This document shows, piece after piece, positions 30,155 through 38,545 of a stretch of DNA of 55,101 nt. Position numbers and translations under genes: made by a program. Source of the DNA: a virus (lineage: Duplodnaviria > Caudoviricetes). Every line of letters begins with the position of its first letter. Position 1 is the stretch's first letter. The DNA lies in the IMG/VR virus record IMGVR_UViG_3300023109_000032, positions 1 through 55,101 of that record. One strand, 5' to 3'. The notes beneath the pieces were generated by a model. The model made no database searches. It was not told where the DNA came from and was given only the letters and a program-made list of their open reading frames with translations.

Positions 30155-30976
30155 ATGGATAAAATAGCATTATTTACAAACGGAGATAAGAATTATTTTT
30201 TAAAAGCCAAAAGGTGTTTTGAAATATTTGAAGAATTTAATCCTGGTGTTTTTGATTTTTATTATGTAACATCTGATACTGAAGCAAAATCATTAGGCAA
30301 CATGAATGTAATTATTCTTAATCCTAATGATTATATTGAAGGGTTCACTGATACTGGTTATGCACCTGAATCATTTCTTTACTATCCTGCTCCTGATATT
30401 TTTTATAAGAAAGGTTATAAATACTCGATGTGTGTTGATGCAGATACTGTATGTTTTAAGAAATTAGATTTTTCTTGGTTAGAAGAAGACTTTGTATATG
30501 CAGGGGCAAAAAGGCTTCGTAATAATTTAGCAGATGAAATTGATGCTTGGTATTTTCTTAATGCCGTTACTAATCCAGAAACTATTAACTTTTTAGAAAA
30601 TACATTTGAATTACAGAATAAAAATAACATTATAGAGATAATGGATGCTGTGTTAATTTTTAATAATAAAAACTATACTAAGCATAACATATATAATAAA
30701 GCTTATTCTCTTTTTAGAAAATGTAAAGATGCAGGCTATCCTATGAGAGATACTGATATACTTTCTGCATTATTGATTTTAGATACACCAAAATCTTTTT
30801 GGAAACATTTACCTCCGGCTTGGAATTGGTATTATGAAGATCCTCGAAATGAATCGAATGGTGGTGATGATGTAAATATTTTACATATGTTAGCAGTAAA
30901 ACCTTGGGATATTACAAGCAAGCATAAAAATAGAGTTTTAAATAAAGGGAAAATGATCTGGAATTACTTAAATTAA
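30155..30976 (+). CDS. GT-A glycosyltransferase (GT8-like)
   Basis: VDADT (DxD), LPPAWN, ILHML..KPW. Confidence 0.75.
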   Translation: MDKIALFTNGDKNYFLKAKRCFEIFEEFNPGVFDFYYVTSDTEAKSLGNMNVIILNPNDYIEGFTDTGYAPESFLYYPAPDIFYKKGYKYSMCVDADTVCFKKLDFSWLEEDFVYAGAKRLRNNLADEIDAWYFLNAVTNPETINFLENTFELQNKNNIIEIMDAVLIFNNKNYTKHNIYNKAYSLFRKCKDAGYPMRDTDILSALLILDTPKSFWKHLPPAWNWYYEDPRNESNGGDDVNILHMLAVKPWDITSKHKNRVLNKGKMIWNYLN

Positions 30977-31147
30977 AAATATGAAGAAATTAGCAATTAT
31001 AGGAGGATTAAGCATGATGACAATGGGTGGAGGTTATATGATTCATCACAAACAGTCAATAACACCAAAATTTAATTTAAATCCAAATACATTAGCGATT
31101 GCAAGTGGTGGGTTTTTTGTAGCATTAGGTTTAACATATAGATTTTA

Positions 31148-31339
31148 ATGGGAAAACCAAAACTACCACCTGAACAATATGAGTTCTTTAAAGATAGATT
31201 ATCCACCATCTCACTTATCATGGAAGGGCTTTTGCAGCAACACCCCGTTGCTAAGATAAATCCACAAATTAAAGATCATATATCAGCATCCGTTGATGAA
31301 TTATATAAAGCAGCACAATATATTAGAGAAAACTGTTAA
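31148..31339 (+). CDS. hypothetical protein
   Basis: ORF track. Confidence 0.55.
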   Translation: MGKPKLPPEQYEFFKDRLSTISLIMEGLLQQHPVAKINPQIKDHISASVDELYKAAQYIRENC

Positions 31340-31431
31340 ATTGTTAATAACTTTCTAAAATAACTGCCAAAGTATAGTACAAAACCCATAAAATAGTATT
31401 ATATTTAAATATAATTTAAAAAACGGAAAAC
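31339..31431 (+). promoter_or_regulatory. repeated promoter cassette, copy 2
   Basis: AATTGTTAATAACTTTCTAAAATAAC...TTATATTTAA...AAACGGAAAAC-ATG. Confidence 0.8.
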
Positions 31432-31890
31432 ATGCAAATTACAGAACACAGATCGGAATTAGGAAACGGATTTTCAATTACTCAACAAGTAAAAGGTAAG
31501 CAATACAAATTCCATGCCCATAAGCACGGATTATGCTGGGACAAGGAATATGACTATCAAGTTATTACAAAATGTCAAGCTGGGTTTTTTACTGTATCAA
31601 CAGGAAAATCTAAGTTATGCAATATTGTTACAGGTTATAAGACAAACAAATTGCATACTGTACAACTTAAATCTGAAAGCGGTTTTTATCTAACTGCTCT
31701 TGCAATGAAAGGTGGTAAGTTCTACCTAATAGATAAAGAAATCCTAGAATGTTTAACAGTAGGAGATATTCATTCTAACTTTCCTGCAATGGCTGACTAC
31801 AACCATTGGAAAAACATCGGTTCAAAAACATGGGCAGATCCAGCATACGGAATGTTAGTTAACTCAACAGTACAGTTTCAAAATTGTTAA
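31432..31890 (+). CDS. hypothetical protein
   Basis: ORF directly behind the cassette. Confidence 0.7.
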   Translation: MQITEHRSELGNGFSITQQVKGKQYKFHAHKHGLCWDKEYDYQVITKCQAGFFTVSTGKSKLCNIVTGYKTNKLHTVQLKSESGFYLTALAMKGGKFYLIDKEILECLTVGDIHSNFPAMADYNHWKNIGSKTWADPAYGMLVNSTVQFQNC

Positions 31891-31991
31891 TAACTTTTTG
31901 AAAATAACAAGATTTTATAGTTCAGAATCACAAAAAAAGTATTATATTTATACTATAAATAATTAATTAAACAAACATAAAAACGGAAATT
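31882..31991 (+). promoter_or_regulatory. repeated promoter cassette, copy 3
   Basis: Same cassette; AAACGGAAATT-ATG. Confidence 0.8.
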
Positions 31992-32870
31992 ATGGCAAAA
32001 GTACAAAAAATCAAATCAAGGCTAACTCAGATTAGCAATGTCAAATATGAGAAAGGATTATTCGAGGCTCATAAAACAAACACACCATTAGATGGGTTAT
32101 TCTCAATTGATGGCGGAGTTCCAAAAGCAACTAACTGGATGGTAGTTGGAGATCCTGGTGTTGGTAAATCTACTGTAACACTAGATATTATTGCAAATGC
32201 AAAAAAGACTGGATCTAAAGTACTATTCATTTCAGCTGAGATGAACCAGGTGGATCTTTACCTTTATGTTAAAAGATATCCTAAGTTCGGAGAATTAGAT
32301 ATATTCTTTCCACAAGAAATAGAAGACAATGAGGATCCGAAACAAGTACTAGAAGAAATCTTATCTGAAGGGTATGATATTGTTTTAACCGACTCCTTTA
32401 TTGAATTACAAGAAACAATCAGAGAATCAGGTAGAATGACCAGAAACAGTTCTGAGAAATACTTATTGGATTTAATGTACCGACATAATCTAGGTGATAA
32501 CAAAGCTAAGAAGTTTACATCTTTCCTTAATATACAACAAGTAAACAAAGGTGGTACATTTGTCGGATCAAATAAACTGAAGCATATGACTACGGGTATG
32601 ATGGAGATAAGGTTCGTAGATGAAAGGGATCAGGAAGAAAGGTATGTTACTTTTTCTAAAAACCGTCGAGGTCATGTAGGAAAACAAATGTATTTTGATT
32701 TAGCTGCATCTGGAGATGTAACTTATGATACTGAAAGGTTCAAAAAAGCTGAAGGTCTAAAGCAATTAAAGAAAGCTGAAAAGGAAAAGATTAAAAAATC
32801 AGGTTTACAATTCGATGCACTATTCGGATTAGATAAAGACAAAGAAGAAAGTGAAACAACAAATAAATAA
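31992..32870 (+). CDS. RadA/Sms-like RecA-fold ATPase (no Zn finger or Lon domain)
   Basis: GDPGVGKST, LFISAEM, VLTDSF, GSNKLKHM, SKNRRG. Confidence 0.8.
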   Translation: MAKVQKIKSRLTQISNVKYEKGLFEAHKTNTPLDGLFSIDGGVPKATNWMVVGDPGVGKSTVTLDIIANAKKTGSKVLFISAEMNQVDLYLYVKRYPKFGELDIFFPQEIEDNEDPKQVLEEILSEGYDIVLTDSFIELQETIRESGRMTRNSSEKYLLDLMYRHNLGDNKAKKFTSFLNIQQVNKGGTFVGSNKLKHMTTGMMEIRFVDERDQEERYVTFSKNRRGHVGKQMYFDLAASGDVTYDTERFKKAEGLKQLKKAEKEKIKKSGLQFDALFGLDKDKEESETTNK

Positions 32871-32983
32871 ATTGTTAATAACTTTAGAAAAATAACTTAT
32901 AATTATAGTTCAGAAACAGTAAAAATTGATTATATTTATACTATATTAATTAAACAAATAACAAAAACAAAAAAGTACAAATT
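32870..32983 (+). promoter_or_regulatory. repeated promoter cassette, copy 4
   Basis: AATTGTTAATAACTTTAGAAAAATAAC...TATAGTTCAGA...TTATATTTATA. Confidence 0.8.
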
Positions 32984-34141
32984 ATGAAAGAATTAACTAC
33001 ATTATCGCCAACTGCATTCGCCGCTAGAAAAGCCGAAGCTGTTAGGAACGAAGTAATGAGAAAAGAAATCAGTTTATCTGAGTTCAATGTAATCGACAAT
33101 ACTCATATCGAGGTTGACGGAGTAAAAATTGAGTTAACACCCTTTGCATTCAAAAGGTTATTGGGTAGGCTAAGAATTCCTACAGCATTTGCTAAAAGGT
33201 TTGAAACAGGTTTTGGATCTGATGGACTAAAGCAATTAGTTCAAATGATGAAAACTATGAAATCATCTAAGAATGATCAAACTGTAACACTGTTGGTTGA
33301 TCCAAGAGCAAAGAAAGTTACTAACATTCTACCTGCAGGATATGCAAGTATTAGTAATGAAGCATTCATTGATTTTGCTGAAGGGTATATCAATCAATAT
33401 GGATTAGAAGTAAAAGACTTCGGATCAGATCCATCAGGTGGAGCTACAATTAACTGTGTATCGCCTAACGGTGTATTCTCAGTACCAGGAATGTCAGATG
33501 AAGTATTTAATACTGGTGTAACATTCAGAAATACTCCAACTCGTGGATTAGAAGTATCACCATATCTAAACCGATTGGTTTGTTCAAATGGAATGACATC
33601 TACATCATTCTCTGAAACATACGGTTTACATGAACTAACTGATAAATCAATCAGAGAATTCAATGATCATATGATTAGCATGGCATCTACAGGATTCCAA
33701 CCTGTAGGATTAGCTGAGAAAATTAAATCTGCAAATAACACTGATGCATCAATTGCTGAAGTACAACGCGCAATGTCCGCTATGTTATCAACTGACAAGA
33801 AAATTGATTATGAATACATGCAAAGGTATTTACCAATTAACCGAGTTATGAAAGCATACTCTGATATTGGAGCTGAGCCATCTACATTTACTACAAAGCA
33901 ATTACAAAATGCTAAATCAGGTTTATCAATCTGGGAAGTAGTAAACGGTATAACAAACTTTGCATCTAATGATCAAAAGTACAATATCGACGATCATAAA
34001 ACAGGTAATCTAATGGTATCAGCAGGAAACCTTTTAATGAAAAAGAATTTTGATACTGAAGCATTAATCCAATTTGATCCATTTGCAACAACTGGGTTAC
34101 TATCGGAAAATGAATCTGCACGTTTAATGGGACAAGCATAA
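32984..34141 (+). CDS. DUF932-like protein
   Basis: GVTFRN...RLVCSNGM signature; SIWEVVNGITNFAS C-terminal helix. Confidence 0.65.
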   Translation: MKELTTLSPTAFAARKAEAVRNEVMRKEISLSEFNVIDNTHIEVDGVKIELTPFAFKRLLGRLRIPTAFAKRFETGFGSDGLKQLVQMMKTMKSSKNDQTVTLLVDPRAKKVTNILPAGYASISNEAFIDFAEGYINQYGLEVKDFGSDPSGGATINCVSPNGVFSVPGMSDEVFNTGVTFRNTPTRGLEVSPYLNRLVCSNGMTSTSFSETYGLHELTDKSIREFNDHMISMASTGFQPVGLAEKIKSANNTDASIAEVQRAMSAMLSTDKKIDYEYMQRYLPINRVMKAYSDIGAEPSTFTTKQLQNAKSGLSIWEVVNGITNFASNDQKYNIDDHKTGNLMVSAGNLLMKKNFDTEALIQFDPFATTGLLSENESARLMGQA

Positions 34142-34241
34142 TAGCTAAACCCTACTAAAGGATGAGGTGGTAGTTTAGATTTCCGTTTACCTACTTCCAA
34201 CAATCCGCACAGGAGCTCTGTTAACTCAGGGCTCCTTTTTT
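34142..34241 (+). ncRNA. candidate 3'-UTR-derived small RNA
   Basis: Hairpin 34160-34206 whose loop carries ATTTCCGTT, complementary to the AACGGAAAT leader motif; intrinsic terminator follows. Confidence 0.4.
34211..34241 (+). terminator. intrinsic terminator
   Basis: AGGAGCTCTG-TTAACT-CAGGGCTCCT followed by a T-tract. Confidence 0.88.
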
Positions 34242-34278
34242 GCTTAACAATATATAATTAAATCAACTAAACTTTCTT

Positions 34279-35100
34279 ATGAAAAACTTACTTAAACTAA
34301 TCTGCATAGTAGTCTTATTTTTCTCAGTTAATAGCTGTGGTGTTCAATGGCAAATCAATTCATATAATCCAGACTATGTTGATGAGAATTACCAAATAGA
34401 AGAGATAAACACAGTAAGTCAATTAAGATGGAAACTTCAAACAGATTGGGTCTTTGCTGACAACTATTACAGATACTTACAAAGACAAAACTACAGCTTC
34501 TTTCATAATCAATTTTATCGCAATAGACTATATAGATATGGATGGCAAAGTCCACATAATTATTGGTTGAATTGGGAATGGAGCTACCACTTCGGTTATG
34601 GCTATAATAACATGTGGAATCAGTATCCTTATTATGGCAATTGGGGATCAAGCTATTGGTACTGGAATCAGTGGAATAACCCGTGGCAATATTCATATAC
34701 TTATGGTCCAAGAACTCAGTATTTAGGGAATGTATATGGCCGTAGATCTTCATATAGAAATCGCTCCTTTATTTCTAATTCTAATAGATCTAGATCCATC
34801 TTAGTCTCAGATGGCAGCACATCTGATAGTCGCACATATTTACCAAATACAGCGTCACCAATACAAAATCAAATTATCCGTAATAACAAACCACGTGTGC
34901 TACCAACCACAAAACCACCAGTAGTTACTAGACCGCCTGTAATAATCAACAAGCCAGTAAGGAACAATCCAATTCGTAATAACAACAGGCCAAGGATCAA
35001 TAGTTCCAGCTCTCGCCCTAATTTTAATCGACCAGTTAGTAGACCAAGCTCTCCAAAAACAACTACTAATTCATCAAGAAAAAGGAATAACCCTAGATAG
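34279..35100 (+). CDS. lipoprotein with W/Y/N-rich segment and R/S/N/P-rich disordered tail
   Basis: Lipobox-like FSVNS|C; aromatic low-complexity middle; basic tail. Confidence 0.7.
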   Translation: MKNLLKLICIVVLFFSVNSCGVQWQINSYNPDYVDENYQIEEINTVSQLRWKLQTDWVFADNYYRYLQRQNYSFFHNQFYRNRLYRYGWQSPHNYWLNWEWSYHFGYGYNNMWNQYPYYGNWGSSYWYWNQWNNPWQYSYTYGPRTQYLGNVYGRRSSYRNRSFISNSNRSRSILVSDGSTSDSRTYLPNTASPIQNQIIRNNKPRVLPTTKPPVVTRPPVIINKPVRNNPIRNNNRPRINSSSSRPNFNRPVSRPSSPKTTTNSSRKRNNPR

Positions 35101-35518
35101 TCTGAGACAACCTTATAGTAATCGCGTATACCAGTAATACCATTATATACGCATTGTACTCATATTCCTTTCGGTCTTATCAGTTAATCCGTTCCGGTAG
35201 TCCGATATGCTGAAACTGGCTCATGACTTACGGTTCCAGACAACTATGATATATACTAGCTGAAATGTACCTTTTCTATGGTCCTGTGATTAACTAATAG
35301 TCCCTCTAAGTACTCCTCTCAACTGTAAGTACCCATAAATAGCCTTTTTAGTGGTCAATGTCTAGTAGAGAAATCCAAATCCGCGGGCACATGCTAACAC
35401 CTGACCTAGGGGTCCAGAATCCTACCGAGCTGAATCTGTACTCTGAAGAATCACCTACATGTACTCATAGCACTATAATACTGTACTCCAACAGGAATAG
35501 CCCTGGTACTGGCGAAGC
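35101..35518. repeat. non-coding region with clustered GTAC(TC) repeats
   Basis: GTAC at 35156, 35267, 35310, 35329, 35438, 35461, 35483 and 35506. Confidence 0.55.
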
Positions 35519-35612
35519 AATTGTTAATAACTTTTTGAAAATAACTGCCTAAGTATGGCCCGAGTCGCGAAAAATTGATTATATTTATATTATAATTAAA
35601 AAACAAACTACT
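35519..35612 (+). promoter_or_regulatory. repeated promoter cassette, copy 5 (divergent middle)
   Basis: AATTGTTAATAACTTTTTGAAAATAAC...AAAAATTGATTATATTTATA. Confidence 0.8.
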
Positions 35613-35813
35613 ATGGCACAATTTAAATTAAAGCAATACATGTTTACCTTCGAAGGTGGAGGTTGGAATACCGTCTGGGCTAAAACTAAAGCCGGCGCCA
35701 TTAAGGCAGCAATGCTCGAGTACAAAGATTCGGATAGTCTGAATCCTCGAAAAGAATCGTTCCATGTAGCAACCGAGGCTGGGCTACAATCAGCAATGAG
35801 CCTCTTCTATTAA
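35613..35813 (+). CDS. hypothetical protein
   Basis: ORF behind the cassette. Confidence 0.7.
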   Translation: MAQFKLKQYMFTFEGGGWNTVWAKTKAGAIKAAMLEYKDSDSLNPRKESFHVATEAGLQSAMSLFY

Positions 35814-35836
35814 TCTAATAACTAAAAACGGAAATT

Positions 35837-36232
35837 ATGCAAAGTATTAAACAATTCAACAAGACAAAAATCATTCAACTAAGAAGTTCAATCAATGAGG
35901 CGCTAGACCAGGTAGCTAAAGAATATGGTATTACTATATCAGCTGGCAATTGCTCATTCTCAGGTAATGAGGCTAACTTCAAACTTAAGCTAAATACTAT
36001 TGGAGACAACGGTACTGTTATTACTCGCGAATCTCAGATGTGGGATCTATATAAAAGCAGAACAAACTGTGGCCACCTGAGTATTGGAGATAAGATAACA
36101 ATCCAAGGTAATACTTATACGCTAAGCGGTTACAATACCAGAGCTAGAAAGGCTCCGATTAACTTTACTGATAGTAGAGGTAATGGCTACAAATGTTCTA
36201 TCCAAATGTTGAACCAATACAACTCTAAATAA
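35837..36232 (+). CDS. hypothetical protein
   Basis: Preceded by AAACGGAAATT. Confidence 0.7.
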   Translation: MQSIKQFNKTKIIQLRSSINEALDQVAKEYGITISAGNCSFSGNEANFKLKLNTIGDNGTVITRESQMWDLYKSRTNCGHLSIGDKITIQGNTYTLSGYNTRARKAPINFTDSRGNGYKCSIQMLNQYNSK

Positions 36233-36233
36233 T

Positions 36234-36485
36234 ATGGACTTACAATATATTGAAAAGGAAGCTGTGCTGGATTTTATCAATGGAATGGATGAGGTTTCGA
36301 CCGACTCCATTCTAGATGATCCAAGTATACAACAACTACTAACTGGCAGTGTACCTCAACAAATCGAAGATCAACCTAATCCTCTAGGTACTATTGAAAG
36401 CTTTCTACAACTGTTTATAGCTAGAGAAGAATATGAAATTTGTGCCGATCTACTCAAGGCCGTTCCAGAGCTAGGTAAATACTAG
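36234..36485 (+). CDS. acidic protein with C-terminal UVR-like helix
   Basis: FIAREEYEICADLLK. Confidence 0.6.
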   Translation: MDLQYIEKEAVLDFINGMDEVSTDSILDDPSIQQLLTGSVPQQIEDQPNPLGTIESFLQLFIAREEYEICADLLKAVPELGKY

Positions 36486-37170
36486 GCAAATTATGATGTA
36501 AAAACACTCCTTTTTTGGGTGCAAATACCAGGTCCTCTAGACAGCCGCTCTAGAAGGCCTATATTTGTGTGTATTTTAGGCTATATATGGGCTATATTGG
36601 GCCTCTAGAAGCAGCTAATATCGTCAAAGTTCGTCTAGATGCACCCTATATAGCTCCCTACAGGCCGCTAGTAGCCCTATATTGCCGCTATATTCGTCTA
36701 TAATGGGTATATATGATCATTTGCCGCAACAGTCTTAGAAGTCACGTCCTGTATAGCCGATAGCACCAACCCTTGCTAGCTCACAAATACAACTACTAAA
36801 TCATCAACAACCCTAGTACGGTCTAGACAAGCTATAGGGCCCGCTAGACTACAGTTACCAGCAATATCCATAGTATAGCAACAACACGAGCAACTAGCTA
36901 TATGGTGGTCTAGTAGTGGTGGTAGTCTTGTGGCCATGATCAACTGCGTTGTGGTGGCAAGAGACAATCAAGAGTATCTTTCTCTTAAAGTGTATTTTTC
37001 TCTTAAGCATCTAGAGGTCTACTGGGCGCATGACTTTTACCTGTACAAAAATTTCCAGTCTAGAAAAAGAGCTAGTCCAGATATGTGAACCGATTACTAT
37101 GTCTATTCGGTTCATTTCTAGTCCAGAAAAAAACTAGCCCGAAAAAAATATGTGTAAAAAAAGTCTTATA
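36486..37170. other. long non-coding element with phased CTA repeats, CTAG cluster and hairpin (candidate ori/pac/genome end)
   Basis: No credible ORF; 17 CTAG in 36482-37137; CTA about every 10.6 bp over 36537-36709. Confidence 0.55.
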
Positions 37171-37174
37171 CTAC

Positions 37175-37206
37175 TTTCAGAGTTAAGGTACACTTGTTAT
37201 ATTTAA
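37175..37206 (+). promoter_or_regulatory. class I promoter
   Basis: TTTCAGA...GTTATATTTAA, 21-nt offset. Confidence 0.65.
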
Positions 37207-37388
37207 ATTAAACAATAACAATAAAAAAGAAACTATGTTAGAAGCCCTTACTCAAAACTCAACAGATGTGACATCAATCAAACTAGCCCTAGACAACATC
37301 GCGCTATCTCTGCGATTCGTTGTATACATTGGTCTGGTAGTATCCGTGTTGTACTGTGGTAATACTATTAATAACTGGAAGAAGTAAA

Positions 37389-37769
37389 ATGAAACTACTG
37401 TTCTGTAATACATGCGAGGATATCGTGAAACTAACAAAGACTACCAGTACCTGCCGTTGTGGCGCGACTGGTGGACATTATAAACAAGACGGACTTAACG
37501 CGGTCTATTACGGTCCTGCTATTCCACTCGGTTTTACTAATAGTACTTTTGTAGATGCTATTCGTAATCAACCTGAGTACGGGGATGGCTACCGTTATAC
37601 TAGTTTTGTTATTCCTAAGGTCTGTCCTACTATGGTCCATATAGATATTGATGATTATGAAGAAGTGGTTGATTACTATTGGGATGACGGGTTTGATGAT
37701 GTAATGGAAGAAGCTGAGTTACAGAAGAAACAAAAGAAATTGAAAAATGTATTTAAAGATGAGGATTAG
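37389..37769 (+). CDS. Cys-containing hypothetical protein
   Basis: Likely start at 37389; CNTC...CRCG. Confidence 0.65.
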   Translation: MKLLFCNTCEDIVKLTKTTSTCRCGATGGHYKQDGLNAVYYGPAIPLGFTNSTFVDAIRNQPEYGDGYRYTSFVIPKVCPTMVHIDIDDYEEVVDYYWDDGFDDVMEEAELQKKQKKLKNVFKDED

Positions 37770-37955
37770 AAAAGGAGTATTAAAGTTCTGTGAGAACTGT
37801 ATTTACGGGATAGGTTGGACTTTTATGGGCGGACTCTGTTGTTTAATTATGGGGGCAATCGGATTCGCGTTCTACCAATTGTTTCTGGAGGTGTTTAGTT
37901 AACTATGTGCTTCAGATGAAAAATGTGCGACGGATGTGCGACCGCCCTATAAAGA

Positions 37956-38153
37956 ATGCAAGTACTAATAATAAATAAAGAAATGAAAAAAATATTAAAG
38001 TTTATACAAAAAGAATTCTGGCTAACTTTTATGTTAGTCGGTGTAGGTCTATTGACTTGGGCAATAAGTCAAGGCGAAGGATTTGCAGGCCACATCCCAC
38101 TGGCTTGTTTGTTTATATTAGCAGGTGTGGGATTAGAATCAAATAAAAATTAA
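37956..38153 (+). CDS. small membrane protein
   Basis: Two TM segments. Confidence 0.55.
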   Translation: MQVLIINKEMKKILKFIQKEFWLTFMLVGVGLLTWAISQGEGFAGHIPLACLFILAGVGLESNKN

Positions 38154-38156
38154 TGT

Positions 38157-38345
38157 ATGATCAATAGAGGAAGAGAATGGGATTGGATGGAAGAAGAAGT
38201 TCAAGTAGAGGAAATACTAACAGAAGCCAATGCATACAATCTTAAAGCTGAGGTTAATATTACTGCTATGAAATTTATGAAAGAAGATCCTGAACTTAGT
38301 AAGGTAGCCGCATATCAGATGGCTTACATTGAATGGGTAAAATAA
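38157..38345 (+). CDS. hypothetical protein
   Basis: ORF track. Confidence 0.6.
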   Translation: MINRGREWDWMEEEVQVEEILTEANAYNLKAEVNITAMKFMKEDPELSKVAAYQMAYIEWVK

Positions 38346-38351
38346 CAATAT

Positions 38352-38540
38352 ATGACAACAATTAATTATATAGCAATTTATATGTTAGTAGGAATCGTGT
38401 TTTCGGCTGGGTTTGAATATTTAATGGCAAAGCTAGATTCTCCACGAAAAAATGAAACCGATAATTGGAAAAGATTAGTTTGGATTACTGCATGGCCGTA
38501 CTGTGCTCTTATGTTTTTCGTAGGTATGTTTAGAAAATAA
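38352..38540 (+). CDS. small membrane protein
   Basis: Two TM segments, WP motif. Confidence 0.6.
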   Translation: MTTINYIAIYMLVGIVFSAGFEYLMAKLDSPRKNETDNWKRLVWITAWPYCALMFFVGMFRK

Positions 38541-38545
38541 AAATT

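Noticed and set aside
35358-35552. 64-aa + strand ORF
   Set aside because: Runs through the GTAC repeats and into the promoter cassette; atypical composition
36776-36967. 63-aa minus-strand ORF in the non-coding element
   Set aside because: TTG start, no promoter or leader, and composition unlike real genes here
36486-37170. tmRNA, RNase P or other known ncRNA
   Set aside because: No tRNA-like ends, T-loop or recognisable conserved motifs; a novel RNA cannot be excluded without an Infernal search
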